A DNA stretch of 63,639 nucleotides, filler included, from an uncultured Ignavibacteriales bacterium (GTDB lineage: Bacteria > Zixibacteria > MSB-5A5 > GN15 > JAAZOE01): the NCBI GenBank assembly GCA_964611355.1. It is 5 parts of 5 records of this genome, joined end to end, with 100 filler letters (N's around TTAATTAATTAA, not from the genome) between each part and the next. Parts side by side here need not be neighbours in the genome. Positions count along the whole stretch, not along the records: positions 41,959 to 55,593 come from CAZSYD010000059.1; 4 more parts are not named here. One strand, written 5' to 3'. Within the stretch, counting starts at the first letter, position 1. Every line of letters begins with the position of its first letter. The notes under the pieces were generated by a model. That model worked only from the letters and a program-made list of their open reading frames with translations. It was not told the DNA's origin and made no database searches. The translations under genes were made by a program, and so were the position numbers. Shown here one piece after another: positions 42,637 through 53,615 of the stretch.

Positions 42637-42665
42637 TATAGATATTGCTTTCGCCAGGAGGGGAT

Positions 42666-43532
42666 TTGACGATAGAGACTGTCAGGTATACCCTGGACAG
42701 AATCGTTTCAACCGTCGGGGAACTACCGGCGGCGCCTTCTATCATCAGCGCCGCGATGAGATTGACCTCCGACATCCAATCTAATATCTCCGACATCTCC
42801 AAGATTCTGTCATCGGATCAATCCTTCACTGCCAAGGTACTGAAACTATCCAACTCCCCGTATTACGGGCGAACCAGGGAAGTCATGACCGTGCAAGAAG
42901 CTATCCTCGTTATGGGCTTCACGACCCTTCACTCTATCATCATCGCGGCCTCGATGCACAGCTTATACAATAGGGGAGATAAGAGCGGTTTGAAGGCAAA
43001 GCTCTGGCGACATTCTCTGTCAACTGCAATCGCCGCGAGACAAATAGCCGAACACATGAATCTCCCCGAGAAAGAAGAGATCTTTGTCGCAGGGTTGTTG
43101 CATGATATCGGTAAGATGGTCCTTTTGCTAAAACTGCCTGAATGGTATCGGAAAATTGTGGATGAAGTGGAGAAAAATGCCGACTCTTTCACCCGGGTCG
43201 AATCACGGGTATTCAATTTTGATCACTCCGACGTGGGCTCACTGCTTCTTGGAGAGTGGTCATTTCCCGTATCCCTGGTACGAGCCGTCTCCAGACACCA
43301 CCGACCGCCATCATTCAGAAAAGGTGGTACAATACCGATCGCACATATTATTAACCTTGCCAATTATATGGCAAAAAACCTTAACGTAGGTTTCAATGAC
43401 GAGAGGGTTGAGGAACTCTGCCGGACCAAGTCAGCCCGCGCAATGTCCCTGAACCAGGAATCGCTTGACCTGATTTTCGAGGAATTCCAAACCAACTATT
43501 GGGCCGAAGCCCACATTTTTGAAGACATTTGA
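42666..43532 (+). CDS. Stand-alone HDOD domain protein
   Basis: LPAAP, D...TAKVLKLSNSPYYG, LWRHS, AGLLHDIGK, FDH..VG..L...W.FP; AGGAGG RBS before TTG 42666. Confidence 0.92.
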   Translation: MTIETVRYTLDRIVSTVGELPAAPSIISAAMRLTSDIQSNISDISKILSSDQSFTAKVLKLSNSPYYGRTREVMTVQEAILVMGFTTLHSIIIAASMHSLYNRGDKSGLKAKLWRHSLSTAIAARQIAEHMNLPEKEEIFVAGLLHDIGKMVLLLKLPEWYRKIVDEVEKNADSFTRVESRVFNFDHSDVGSLLLGEWSFPVSLVRAVSRHHRPPSFRKGGTIPIAHIINLANYMAKNLNVGFNDERVEELCRTKSARAMSLNQESLDLIFEEFQTNYWAEAHIFEDI

Positions 43533-43619
43533 GTGGAATACCCCGGCAACCTCCATAATTATCCGGGCATGGTATTTTGTCGTGTTCATAACCTTATCCT
43601 GCAGATAAAGCTATCGCAA

Positions 43620-44516
43620 TCAACCGGCCCGGTCTTGTTTTACCGATACGTTGAGCGCCGGAGATTGTCCCTGTTTGTCCTCTCCCATATAAACGGTCAT
43701 GTGCGGGAACGGTATTTCGATATTTTTCTCGTCGAATTTCTTTTTCAACCGTCGGTTAAATTCCCGCCCGATACGCCACTGCTTGATCGGTCTGGTTTTA
43801 ATGCGTGCCTTTACCACTACCGCCGAATCGGCAAACTGGTCAAGACCGAGGATTTCGATATCATCCAGAATGTCATCTTTATATTCCGAATCGTTGCATA
43901 AATCCCGGCCGACTTCCCTGATGATCTCAATTACTTCGTCAATATCCTCCCGGTACGCCACGCCTATATCAAAGACATATTGCGAGAATTCCTTTGTCAT
44001 ATTGGTTACCACCTCGATCTTACCGTTTCTTACGTAGTGTACGTTACCCGCCAGGTCTCGAAGGACAACCATTCTCAGGTTGACCTTTTCCACCACGCCG
44101 TCTTTGCCGGCGATTTGCACCACGTCGCCGACGCGAATCTGGTCTTCCATGAGAATGAAAAAGCCGCCGATAATATCCTGCACCAGATTTTGAGCGCCGA
44201 AACCAACCGCCAAACCGACGATACCGGCGGCGGCCAGGATAGGCCCGATTTCAATACCCAGTTCGCCGAGAATCATAATCAGCGCCACCGCCAGAATAGC
44301 GACATTGAGTACGTGGCGAATCAAGGAACTGAGCGTATCCGCCCGTTTCTTCTTTTCCTCGTCTTCCGTAACCGATTTGAGAGTTGAGAAAAGGCGGTTC
44401 GCGATCAATCGCGCGGCTCTCAAAGCAACGAGAGCGATAATAATGACTACCAGGATTCTGAGTCCCGTGGTCGAGAGCCACTTTAAGATCGCTTCCAAAT
44501 AAGGCTGGATATCCAT
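43620..44516 (-). CDS. Small-conductance mechanosensitive channel (MscS/YbiO-like)
   Basis: GIVGLAVGFGAQNLVQD, EDQIRVGDVV, IEIPFP. Confidence 0.93.
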   Translation of the reverse strand: MDIQPYLEAILKWLSTTGLRILVVIIIALVALRAARLIANRLFSTLKSVTEDEEKKKRADTLSSLIRHVLNVAILAVALIMILGELGIEIGPILAAAGIVGLAVGFGAQNLVQDIIGGFFILMEDQIRVGDVVQIAGKDGVVEKVNLRMVVLRDLAGNVHYVRNGKIEVVTNMTKEFSQYVFDIGVAYREDIDEVIEIIREVGRDLCNDSEYKDDILDDIEILGLDQFADSAVVVKARIKTRPIKQWRIGREFNRRLKKKFDEKNIEIPFPHMTVYMGEDKQGQSPALNVSVKQDRAG

Positions 44517-44765
44517 CTTCTACTCCTTATGGCAAATAAACATATGCGACCCGCTGTTCTCAAATAACCGCGGGCCATGAATAAAGCAACCGAAATAAAA
44601 TACCGGCCTGGTTAAATAAAAATCAATAAGAAAAATAACTCCAACTAAAAACGAAAAAATGAATCAGCCGGCGGCAATCGTCCAATATAAAACAGGCGGC
44701 ACAGATGATACCGCCTGCCGAATATATTTGCAGGGATGACTCCCATCGACTAAAGCAGGGAGCGC

Positions 44766-47402
44766 TTACTCTTTTTTAACCGGTTTAAGGGCTTCCTCCT
44801 CGACTATTTCAATCGGAGAAATACTTATTTCATTGTTGACAAAATCAAGCCTGATAGTCTGACCGGACTTGATTTCTCCGGCGAGGATACTTTTGGCGAT
44901 AGTCTGACTGAGTTCCTTCCCGATCAGCCGTTTGATTGGGCGGGCGCCGTAAGCCGGATCATAACCGGCTTTGGCCAGATGGTTCAAAGCAGCGTCGGTC
45001 AAAACCGGCTTGATTCCCTTATCGACAAGAATCTTTTTCAACCAGTCAAACTGCAATCCGACAATCTGCCTGATCTCATCGGGAGTTAAAGCCGAGAAGA
45101 CGATTATCTCGTCAATTCGGTTCAGGAATTCCGGACGCATACTCCGCCTGAGAAGCGCCAGAACCTGATCTTTCATCCGCCGATATACTTCCTCGCGGTT
45201 GGATTCGTCAATCCCGGACGATTCGGACTGGATATATTCCGCGCCGATATTAGAGGTCATTATCAGGATGGCGTTCTTGAAGCTGACCGTCCGTCCCTGA
45301 TTATCGGTCAGGCGGCCGTCATCGAGGACCTGGAGCAGGATATTGAATACTTCCGGATGAGCCTTTTCGATTTCATCGAGGAGGATAACCGCATACGGGC
45401 GACGACGGACAGCTTCAGTCAACTGTCCGCCTTCTTCGTAGCCGACATATCCGGGTGGAGCGCCAATCAGACGCGATACAGAGAATTTCTCCATGTACTC
45501 CGACATATCAATTCTGACCATCGCTTCCTCGGTTCCATAGAGAAATTCCGCCAATGCCCGCGCCAGTTCCGTCTTACCGACACCGGTCGGGCCAAGGAAA
45601 AGAAACGAACCCAGGGGACGATTCGGATCAGACAGGCCCGCTCGTGATTGCCGGACGGCATCGGATACGGCGGTTACGGCTTCATCCTGACCGACGACTC
45701 TTTCATGCAGTTTTTCCTCCAAACGCAGGAGCGTTTCCTTTTCCGATTCAGTCAGACGGGAAACCGGGATGCCGGTCCATTTTGAGACGACGTCAGCCAC
45801 ATCGTCAGCATCGACTTCTTCCTTCAGCAACTTCCGTTTCGATTGTATCAACGCCAGCGAGTGGGTCAAAAACTCAAGCTTTTTCTCAGCATCAACCAGA
45901 TCGCCGTATTTTATACGGGCGACGTCTTCATAATCAGTCCGGCGTTCGGCTTCGGCGGCTTTCAATTTTAACTCTTCTATTTCAGCTTTTACCTGCCGAA
46001 TCGTATTCACCGTTTCTTTTTCTTTTTGCCACTGCGAACGGAGGTCATCGCGCTGCGCGTAAAGTTCCTTCAGTTCTTCTTCAATCGGCTTTAGTCTTTC
46101 TCCGGCGTCTTTTTCACGCTTGACGCCTTCCTTTTCTATTTCGAGCTGTCTGATCCGCTTTTCGACGGCATCAAGTTCCTCCGGCATCGAGTCTATGGAA
46201 ATCCGTAACTCCGCCGCAGCTTCGTCAATCAGATCAATCGCCTTATCCGGCAGGAAACGATCGGCGATATACCGGTCGGACAATTTGGCAGCCACGACCA
46301 TTGCTTCATCGGTGATCTTAACGCCATGATGCAATTCGTATCTCTCGCGCAGGCCACGAAGAATCGATACGGTTTCCTCAACGGAAGGCGGTTCCACCAA
46401 AACCGGCGCGAAACGCCTCTCCAGGGCGCCGTCTTTCTCAAGATGCTTACGGTATTCATCGAGAGTCGTGGCTCCTACGCAACGCAACTCTCCCCTGGCC
46501 AGAGCAGGTTTTAACATGTTCGAGGCATCCATTTCACCACTGACTGCCCCCGCGCCGACAATGGTGTGAAGTTCATCAATAAACAGGATGATTTTGCCCT
46601 GTGCCCCCTCGACCTCTTTCAGGATAGCCTTGAGGCGTTCCTCGAATTCGCCTCGGAATTTGGACCCGGCAATCAACGATCCCAAATCAAGAGCAACGAC
46701 CCGACGATCTTTCAGAGTCTCCGGCACCCCGCCGTTGGCGATTTTCTGAGCCAGGCCCTCGACGATGGCGGTTTTACCCACGCCCGGCTCGCCGATGAGC
46801 ACCGGATTATTCTTAGTGCGACGGGAGAGAATCTTAATCACCCGCCTGATTTCATCCTCGCGACCGATTACGGGATCAAGTTTGCCGGCCCGCGCCTGTG
46901 CGGTCAGGTCGCGGGAATACCTCTCCAGCGCCTGGTATTTTGATTCCGGGTTGTCGTCAGTCACGCGGTTTGTACCTCGAATTTCGGTAAGTGCTCTTAA
47001 AACCGCTTCGCGGTTAATGTCAAACTCCCTGAGTATCTCCTGAACTTTGCTTTTAACGTCAAGTATCGCCAGCAGGATATGCTCCACGGAAATATACTCG
47101 TCCTTCAGTTTGGCGGCTTCCATTTCCGCCTTTGACAGGACTTCCGAGAGCTCATTGGAAGCATAAAGCTGTCCCCCGGACTGGCGCGGCAAAAGTTTCA
47201 ATTGGTCATCAATCTCCCCCTGAATGCGTTCCAAGGGAGCGCCGATCTTCTTGATAATCTGCCGGACCAAACCTTCATCCTGCTTCAGCAAGGCTGTCAG
47301 AAGATGTAAAGGCATCACCTGGGGATGCGACTCCGACTGCGCCATCTGCTGCGCGTAGCCGAGCGCATCGGCCGATCTTTGTGTCAGCTTATTTAAATTC
47401 AT
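44766..47402 (-). CDS. clpB: ATP-dependent disaggregase ClpB
   Basis: Clp N domain, GEPGVGKT, middle coiled-coil domain, [24 protein letters not shown]. Confidence 0.97.
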   Translation of the reverse strand: MNLNKLTQRSADALGYAQQMAQSESHPQVMPLHLLTALLKQDEGLVRQIIKKIGAPLERIQGEIDDQLKLLPRQSGGQLYASNELSEVLSKAEMEAAKLKDEYISVEHILLAILDVKSKVQEILREFDINREAVLRALTEIRGTNRVTDDNPESKYQALERYSRDLTAQARAGKLDPVIGREDEIRRVIKILSRRTKNNPVLIGEPGVGKTAIVEGLAQKIANGGVPETLKDRRVVALDLGSLIAGSKFRGEFEERLKAILKEVEGAQGKIILFIDELHTIVGAGAVSGEMDASNMLKPALARGELRCVGATTLDEYRKHLEKDGALERRFAPVLVEPPSVEETVSILRGLRERYELHHGVKITDEAMVVAAKLSDRYIADRFLPDKAIDLIDEAAAELRISIDSMPEELDAVEKRIRQLEIEKEGVKREKDAGERLKPIEEELKELYAQRDDLRSQWQKEKETVNTIRQVKAEIEELKLKAAEAERRTDYEDVARIKYGDLVDAEKKLEFLTHSLALIQSKRKLLKEEVDADDVADVVSKWTGIPVSRLTESEKETLLRLEEKLHERVVGQDEAVTAVSDAVRQSRAGLSDPNRPLGSFLFLGPTGVGKTELARALAEFLYGTEEAMVRIDMSEYMEKFSVSRLIGAPPGYVGYEEGGQLTEAVRRRPYAVILLDEIEKAHPEVFNILLQVLDDGRLTDNQGRTVSFKNAILIMTSNIGAEYIQSESSGIDESNREEVYRRMKDQVLALLRRSMRPEFLNRIDEIIVFSALTPDEIRQIVGLQFDWLKKILVDKGIKPVLTDAALNHLAKAGYDPAYGARPIKRLIGKELSQTIAKSILAGEIKSGQTIRLDFVNNEISISPIEIVEEEALKPVKKE

Positions 47403-47442
47403 TTAATATCACCTGCCTTAAAGATGCCGGTCTGTCGTATTC

Positions 47443-47475
47443 AAGCAAGGCTGGTCGATTCGACCAGCCTTGCTT
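47443..47475. repeat. Perfect 33-bp palindrome between hsp20 and clpB
   Basis: AAGCAAGGCTGGTCGA-T-TCGACCAGCCTTGCTT. Confidence 0.85.
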
Positions 47476-47509
47476 CGCCTGAGTGACACCGGTTCCAGCT
47501 CTATCACGT

Positions 47510-47947
47510 TTATGCAACCTTGATTTCGATCTCTTTCGGTTTGGCCTCCTCGCGTTTATTCAGCTTAACCTCCAGCAGGCCGTTTTTGTACTCAGCGCTT
47601 ATCGAATCGGGCTCAACCGTTTCAGGTAGAGTAAACTCACGGCAGAAAGAACCGGCCGCAATCTCGTTGCGGACATAATTAGCGCTGGAATCCTCCTTTT
47701 TGACCTCGCGACTGCCCGATACGCTGAGGACATTATCCCGGACCATGATCTTGACGTCGTTCTTGTCCATTCCCGGAACCTCAAAAGTCAGCGTCAGTTG
47801 ATCTTCAGTATCTCGGATATCCACCCTCGGCGAAAAGGACATGTCGTTTTTGGCGAAAACGGACGGAAACGGGAAAAAATCCTCCAAAAACGAACTTATC
47901 ATCAGGTCGTTCCCATTTCTTTTCGGTCTTTCAATTATTGCTCTCAT
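47510..47947 (-). CDS. Hsp20/alpha-crystallin small heat shock protein
   Basis: PRVDI.D, EVPGM, GSFCREFTLP, AEYKNGLL; GGAGGT RBS before ATG 47947. Confidence 0.94.
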   Translation of the reverse strand: MRAIIERPKRNGNDLMISSFLEDFFPFPSVFAKNDMSFSPRVDIRDTEDQLTLTFEVPGMDKNDVKIMVRDNVLSVSGSREVKKEDSSANYVRNEIAAGSFCREFTLPETVEPDSISAEYKNGLLEVKLNKREEAKPKEIEIKVA

Positions 47948-48009
47948 TTCTTTTACCTCCATAAGAAATCTTTAAGGTTTCGTTTTTTTCTGTTTCTACG
48001 CAAAATTAA

Positions 48010-48138
48010 ATCAAAAGGCGTGCCAAAATCTCTATTCTACTACCTATCAATGAGTTAAAAAAGGTGAGGTCTATTTATTTATTTTATACCTGTCATAATG
48101 ACAGCCTATATTCCCGATAACGGCAGTCATGCTGCCGT
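48010..48138 (-). promoter_or_regulatory. Sigma54 promoter, IHF site and palindromic upstream activator sites for hsp20-clpB
   Basis: Minus strand TTGGCACGCCTTTTGAT (48026-48010); TATCAATGAGTTA = WATCAANNNNTTR (48045-48057); CTGTCATAATGACAG (48090-48104); ACGGCAG-N5-CTGCCGT (48120-48138). Confidence 0.72.
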
Positions 48139-48273
48139 CCTGTCAGTATAATGAACTTCATAACGAAAAAACTCTGGAACCCGAAGAGTTTCCGGTTTTA
48201 TAAATACCCTTTAGTATGGAGGATATCGGTCAGGTCGTGCCGGTCTACCTGTAGCGGAAGCCGCTTCAGGCTC

Positions 48274-48302
48274 TTGACAGCCCGGTCGAAACAGCCTATT
48301 CT
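48274..48302 (+). promoter_or_regulatory. Sigma70-type promoter of the ABC operon
   Basis: TTGACA-17nt-TATTCT. Confidence 0.65.
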
Positions 48303-48383
48303 TATACCTTTATTTTGCTATGGGAATTGAAACAGAAGCACCTGAACGATATCGGCTATTAAGTCTGATGCGAGGATGGTCAT

Positions 48384-49154
48384 ATGAATAATGCTAAAGC
48401 CAGACCCATGATCGAAGCCAAAAACCTGACCAAGTATTTCGGCGCGTTCATGGCGATTAAAGGGATTACCTTTTCTATTCCGCAGGGTCAAATCGTGGCT
48501 TTTCTTGGTCCTAATGGGGCAGGGAAAACCACGACCATGCGGATATTAACCGGATTTCTAAGGCCGAGTGAGGGGTCGGCATCCATTGCCGGGCTCGATA
48601 TTACGCGTAACCGATTGGAAGCCGCCAGGCAATTCGGTTACCTTCCCGAAAACGGCCCGCTTTATGATAATATGACGCCTCTGGAGCTTTTACGTTTCTT
48701 CGGCGAGGCCAGGGGTCTTCGAAATAACACCCTGCAACGTCGGATCGACATTATCGTTGAGCAATGCGCACTGGACAATATACTCGAAAAGCCGATCGGC
48801 AAACTTTCCCGGGGATACCGGCAGAGGGTCGGGCTGGCCCAGGCTCTTCTGCACGATCCGGAAGTATTGATAATGGACGAGCCGACCGCCGGGTTGGATC
48901 CGAACCAGATACGCGAGTTCCGGGCCAACATTACCAACTTGGCTAATTCAAAAACGATCCTGCTTTCCACCCATATTTTACAGGAAGTGGAAGCGGTTGC
49001 CGGACGAGTCCTGCTGGTGCACAACGGGCAACTGATCTTTGACGGCTCCCCGGATGAATTAAGAAAAGGCAATTCTATGGAGGAATCATTTTATAAGATG
49101 ACCGAATACGGTAATGCCTCCTCTCTCGACGCCCGGGGAGGACCGGCACTATGA
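48384..49154 (+). CDS. ABC transporter ATP-binding protein (GldA-like)
   Basis: [32 protein letters not shown]. Confidence 0.93.
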   Translation: MNNAKARPMIEAKNLTKYFGAFMAIKGITFSIPQGQIVAFLGPNGAGKTTTMRILTGFLRPSEGSASIAGLDITRNRLEAARQFGYLPENGPLYDNMTPLELLRFFGEARGLRNNTLQRRIDIIVEQCALDNILEKPIGKLSRGYRQRVGLAQALLHDPEVLIMDEPTAGLDPNQIREFRANITNLANSKTILLSTHILQEVEAVAGRVLLVHNGQLIFDGSPDELRKGNSMEESFYKMTEYGNASSLDARGGPAL

Positions 49155-51838
49155 AGCTGAATAGGAATATGATCGTCACCATCTGTAAGCGCGACCTGCG
49201 TCTTTATTTCAGCAGTCCCACCGGTTACGTGTTTATCACTCTCTTTATTTTCCTCAGCGCGGCGGCGGCTTTCTGGCAGGAACGCTTTTTTGCCGACAAT
49301 CTGGCCAACCTGGATCAATTAAACGGGTTTTTTCCGTACCTGCTCCTGTTTTTTATCCCCGCCCTGACCATGAGTATCTGGTCGGAAGAGCGTCGTCAGG
49401 GAACCGACGAACTTCTTTTAACACTTCCTGCGACAGACCTTGAAGTTGTGCTGGGCAAATACCTCGCTGTCCTTGGAATTTACACGGCTTCGCTGATTTT
49501 ATCCTTCAGCCATGTACTGGTTTTATTCTGGCTGGGTAGTCCCGATCCCGGTCTGATGATAGCCAATTATATCGGGTATTGGCTAATCGGGGCGGCCCTG
49601 CTTTCGGTCGGGATGCTGGCTTCGCTCCTAACGGCCAATGCTACAATCGGCTTTATCCTGGGAGCTCTTTTCTGCTCAGCCTTCATTTTCATCGGCTCTC
49701 TCGATTGGCTGGTCGGCGACCGGTTAAACAGCTTTATGGCGCGGCTTATGGTGTTTGATTATTTCGGCGATTTCGCCAAGGGGGTTATCAGTTTTTCCGG
49801 CCTGCTTTATTTCGTCGCAATGGCCGCAATCATGCTGTATTTGAACGTAGTCGTCATCGGACGTCGTCACTGGCCGGCCGAGGCGGGCGGCTACGGGATG
49901 TCGGTGCATTACGCGGTTCGGGCCGTCTCTCTGGTGATTGCCGCCGTCGCCTTAACCGGCATACTCGGTCGGTTTCCCGTTCGTATAGACGCAACCGCGG
50001 AAAATCTCCATTCCCTGTCCGGGGAAACAAGACGGCTCATCAGATCGCTGCCGGAAAATCGGAAGGTTCTTATCCAGGCGTTTGTCAGCCCCGAAGTACC
50101 TCAGGCTTACGTTGAAACGCGGGCCAATCTCATCGGTAAGCTGGGAGAAATCGGTGCCATCGGCGGCGATCAGGTGCAGGTTCTGATTCATGATACGCAA
50201 CCGTTTACCGAAGAGGCTCGCGACGCCAGGGAAAAGTTTGGCATCGTTTCCAGGGAAGTTTATGCGCCGGGAACCGCCCGTGCGGAAATGGTCCGGGTAT
50301 ACATGGGGGTCGCCTTCACCTGCGGGGCCGATGAGGAAGTTATTCCTTTCCTTGACCGCGGTCTGCCGGCAGAGTATGAACTTGTTCGGAGTATCCGGGT
50401 GGTTGCCGGAAGCGAACGAAAAACCATCGGAGTGGTCGGGACACCGGCCAAGCTGTTTGGCGATTTTGACTTTCAAACCGGAAGGCGTCTTCCCCGGTGG
50501 AAAGTGGTCGAGGAACTGGAAAAGCAGTACGAAGTGAATACAATTGATGCTTCCCGGCCGATCACCCGGCAAATGGACGCGATGCTGGTAACGCTTCCTT
50601 CGGCGCTGCCGCAGACTCATCTGGATAACATCAAAGATTATATTCTTAACGGTAACCCGACTCTAATTCTATGCGATCCCATGCCGCTCTTCGATCTTTC
50701 GCTTTCGCCCTTTTTGCCAAGCGACGCTCAGACCAACCCATTCCAGCAAGGCAATGCTCCGGCGTCGGAACCGAAAGGAGATATCGACGGGTTTATGAAA
50801 GCTGTCGGCGTGAAATGGAACCCTGCCCAGGTGGTGTGGGACGCTTATAACCCTCATCCCGATCTTTCGCCGCTTCAGCAGGAGATTGTTTTTATCGGCC
50901 GGGGAAATAAAAACCCGGAGGCTTTCAGCCAGTCTGATCCCTCCACTGCCGGATTGCAAGAGACGATCCTGTTATACTCCGGCCGATTGGAAGCGGCCGA
51001 GACCGATAAGATATCATTTAAGCCGCTTTTGCAGACCGGACGTACATCCGGTCTCCACCAGTGGCACAACCTGGTGCGCAGCGGATTCTTTGGCATGAGC
51101 ATAAATCCTCGTCCGCGACGGTTGACGACCAGCGATGAATACATAACAGCAGCCAGGATTACCGGCGTCGCCGATGTCGAAATCAAAAACGATACGCTGG
51201 CCGATTCCGTTATTGTCGAGCCGAAAACGGTCAATCTTATTGTTGTGGCTGACATCGATTTTATCTCGGAGCAACTGTTTGACATCAGAGCCAGGGGCGT
51301 GGGCGGTTATAATTTTGATAACGTCTCGTTTTTCCTGAATTGTATCGATATACTGGCCGGCGACAATTCGTTTATCGACCTGAGAAAACGCCGCGCCAGA
51401 CACCGCACCCTGACCACCGTGGAAGGCAAAACGGAGGATTACATCCAGCGACGGATAAAGGAAGAACAGGCAGCGAAGATTGAAGCGCAGCAGGCCCTGT
51501 CGGATGCACAGCGGCGGCTGGATGAAAAAGTCGCCGTGGTGCGCAATCGAAAAGATCTCGACGATCAGACCAAGCAGATTATGACCAGAAATCTGCAGGA
51601 AGTGGAAAACCGCCGCTTCGAAGCTACCAGGACCGGTATCGAGGCCGACAAGAACGCCACCATCGCGCGCAGTAAAGAGAACATGGAAATGGCCATCCGT
51701 CGCATTCAGACGCAGATAAAAACTATGGCCGTTCTTCTGCCGCCGATTCCGGTTTTTGTCATTGGCGTAATGATTTTCATCCGGCGTCGCCGCCGAGAAC
51801 ATGAAGGAACAATAGCGGCAAGGAGATTAAGGAGCTAA
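49151..51838 (+). CDS. Fused ABC-2 permease (GldF-like) and GldG-family domain protein
   Basis: [28 protein letters not shown]; then ID.T....HSLS, EYEL...[16 protein letters not shown]-terminal coiled coil and TM. Confidence 0.88.
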   Translation: MKLNRNMIVTICKRDLRLYFSSPTGYVFITLFIFLSAAAAFWQERFFADNLANLDQLNGFFPYLLLFFIPALTMSIWSEERRQGTDELLLTLPATDLEVVLGKYLAVLGIYTASLILSFSHVLVLFWLGSPDPGLMIANYIGYWLIGAALLSVGMLASLLTANATIGFILGALFCSAFIFIGSLDWLVGDRLNSFMARLMVFDYFGDFAKGVISFSGLLYFVAMAAIMLYLNVVVIGRRHWPAEAGGYGMSVHYAVRAVSLVIAAVALTGILGRFPVRIDATAENLHSLSGETRRLIRSLPENRKVLIQAFVSPEVPQAYVETRANLIGKLGEIGAIGGDQVQVLIHDTQPFTEEARDAREKFGIVSREVYAPGTARAEMVRVYMGVAFTCGADEEVIPFLDRGLPAEYELVRSIRVVAGSERKTIGVVGTPAKLFGDFDFQTGRRLPRWKVVEELEKQYEVNTIDASRPITRQMDAMLVTLPSALPQTHLDNIKDYILNGNPTLILCDPMPLFDLSLSPFLPSDAQTNPFQQGNAPASEPKGDIDGFMKAVGVKWNPAQVVWDAYNPHPDLSPLQQEIVFIGRGNKNPEAFSQSDPSTAGLQETILLYSGRLEAAETDKISFKPLLQTGRTSGLHQWHNLVRSGFFGMSINPRPRRLTTSDEYITAARITGVADVEIKNDTLADSVIVEPKTVNLIVVADIDFISEQLFDIRARGVGGYNFDNVSFFLNCIDILAGDNSFIDLRKRRARHRTLTTVEGKTEDYIQRRIKEEQAAKIEAQQALSDAQRRLDEKVAVVRNRKDLDDQTKQIMTRNLQEVENRRFEATRTGIEADKNATIARSKENMEMAIRRIQTQIKTMAVLLPPIPVFVIGVMIFIRRRRREHEGTIAARRLRS

Positions 51839-51841
51839 ACG

Positions 51842-53206
51842 ATGACTGAAACAAAAAAAACCGTCTGGTTTGTCGGGATCGCTCTGGGTCTGGCGATAAT
51901 AGCTCTGGCGGTGTCTCCCGGTCGCATCACGCCCACGGCTTTTCTGGATCAGGGAGAATCGTTTTTCCCGGATTTCACCGATCCCAACGCGGCCACGACT
52001 CTGGAGGTGATAGACTTCGACGATGCCACCGGCACGGCGCGGCCTTTCAAGGTAACTTTTGAAAAAGGCCGCTGGATTATCCCCTCCCATCATAACTATC
52101 CGGCCGATGCCAAAGACCGGCTGGCCCAGACCGCCGCCGGCGTTATCAGTTTGCGCAAGGATGATTTCAGGTCGGATAATGTTTCCGACCATGAAGCCTG
52201 CGGAGTGATCGATCCCCTCGATGAAACGACGACGATTTTTTCGGGACGAGGTCGGCGGGTAACGTTCAAGGATAAGGATAATAACATCCTTGCCGACCTG
52301 ATTGTCGGAAATCAAGTGCCGGAACGTTCAAGCTTTCGCTTCGTCCGGATGCCGGGCCAAAAAAGGATTTATGCGGCACGGACGGATATGGAGATTTCGA
52401 CCAGATTCGAGGATTGGATTGAGACCGATTTGACGGATGTTGAACGCAATCAGATCGATCAGGTGAGAATATTGGATTATTCCATCAACGAAAAAACCGG
52501 CCGGGTTGAAGAAAGAGACGATCTGATTCTTACCCTTAAAGACAGCGTGTGGATCGCCAACCGCATGAAAGCGTCGGAAAAGGTTGATGGTAGCAAGATA
52601 AGTTCCCTTCTCGGAGCAATTGACGAGCTTGCTATTGCGGGCATCCGGCCCAAGCCGGAGGGTTTATCAAAAACGCTCAGGAAAGCTGCCAGAGAAAATA
52701 ATATAAGCAGGGACGATATGCTGTCACTGCAAAGCAAGGGGTTCTATCTTACCCGCGACGGTGAGCTAAAATCTAATGAGGGAGAAATGCTGGTTCGGAC
52801 CACCGCAGGAGTTGTTTACACTCTTCGCTTCGGCGAGGTGCTTTATGGCTCCGGCCTGGCGGTGACCGCCGGAACCGAAGAAGGAGAAAAAAAAGGCGCG
52901 GGCGAAAGCCGGTACCTGTTTATTACTACCGAATTTGATCCTTCCGTATTCCCGGAACCGAAAAAGCCGAACAACACCGAATTTCTCAAAAAGGCAGATA
53001 GTCTCTTCACCGACGCGGACCGCAAACAGAAAGACCTATATGAAGCCCACGAAGAATGGAAACGCGAAATTGACGCGGGACAGTTAAAGAGCGACAAACT
53101 CAACGCCCGTTTTGCCGACTGGTACTACGTCATTTCCGCCGACAGCTTTGATAAATTACATTTGATGCGAAAAGATTTAGTCGTTAAAAAAGATAAAGAA
53201 GCTTAG
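51842..53206 (+). CDS. DUF4340-like membrane-anchored protein
   Basis: N-terminal TM; W.I.....YPAD, LIVG...FVR motifs; usual third gene of GldA/F/G-like operons. Confidence 0.75.
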   Translation: MTETKKTVWFVGIALGLAIIALAVSPGRITPTAFLDQGESFFPDFTDPNAATTLEVIDFDDATGTARPFKVTFEKGRWIIPSHHNYPADAKDRLAQTAAGVISLRKDDFRSDNVSDHEACGVIDPLDETTTIFSGRGRRVTFKDKDNNILADLIVGNQVPERSSFRFVRMPGQKRIYAARTDMEISTRFEDWIETDLTDVERNQIDQVRILDYSINEKTGRVEERDDLILTLKDSVWIANRMKASEKVDGSKISSLLGAIDELAIAGIRPKPEGLSKTLRKAARENNISRDDMLSLQSKGFYLTRDGELKSNEGEMLVRTTAGVVYTLRFGEVLYGSGLAVTAGTEEGEKKGAGESRYLFITTEFDPSVFPEPKKPNNTEFLKKADSLFTDADRKQKDLYEAHEEWKREIDAGQLKSDKLNARFADWYYVISADSFDKLHLMRKDLVVKKDKEA

Positions 53207-53290
53207 CCGGATAATCCGACGCTCTGACACGAGATTTCACGCGGTGCGGTTTCTTATGACTGTGATCGCGAAAATCCAAATTGTCCGAAT

Positions 53291-53323
53291 CCGCCATTCC
53301 TCTCAGGAGGATGGCGGTTTTTT
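53291..53323 (+). terminator. Intrinsic terminator of the ABC operon
   Basis: CCGCCATTCCT...AGGAGGATGGCGG followed by TTTTTT. Confidence 0.75.
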
Positions 53324-53615
53324 ATTACAACCTTTCGAAAAAGCTTGCTAAATTAGCGCACAATTTGTATTTTACGTTTGGCTTCTCGATCGGCACGCTT
53401 GAATAAATCAGTCTCTTAATCGGAATTGGCAAATCACATTTCGAACTGTATTCTAATCGAGGGTTTCATGTTCCTGCCGACCTTCCAAACCGCCATCAGC
53501 ACCGACCAAACAATATGGCGATCTTTTCGAAGGGGGGTGATCAGGACCTGAGATTCAGAACCTAAGTCTCGCATCACTTTTATTTTTTCAAAAAACCAGA
53601 ATTGGGGAGTAAAAG

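Noticed and set aside
48384..53206. Gld-like operon as evidence of gliding motility
   Set aside because: GldA/F/G-like ABC systems with DUF4340 are widespread in non-gliding bacteria; no motor genes here
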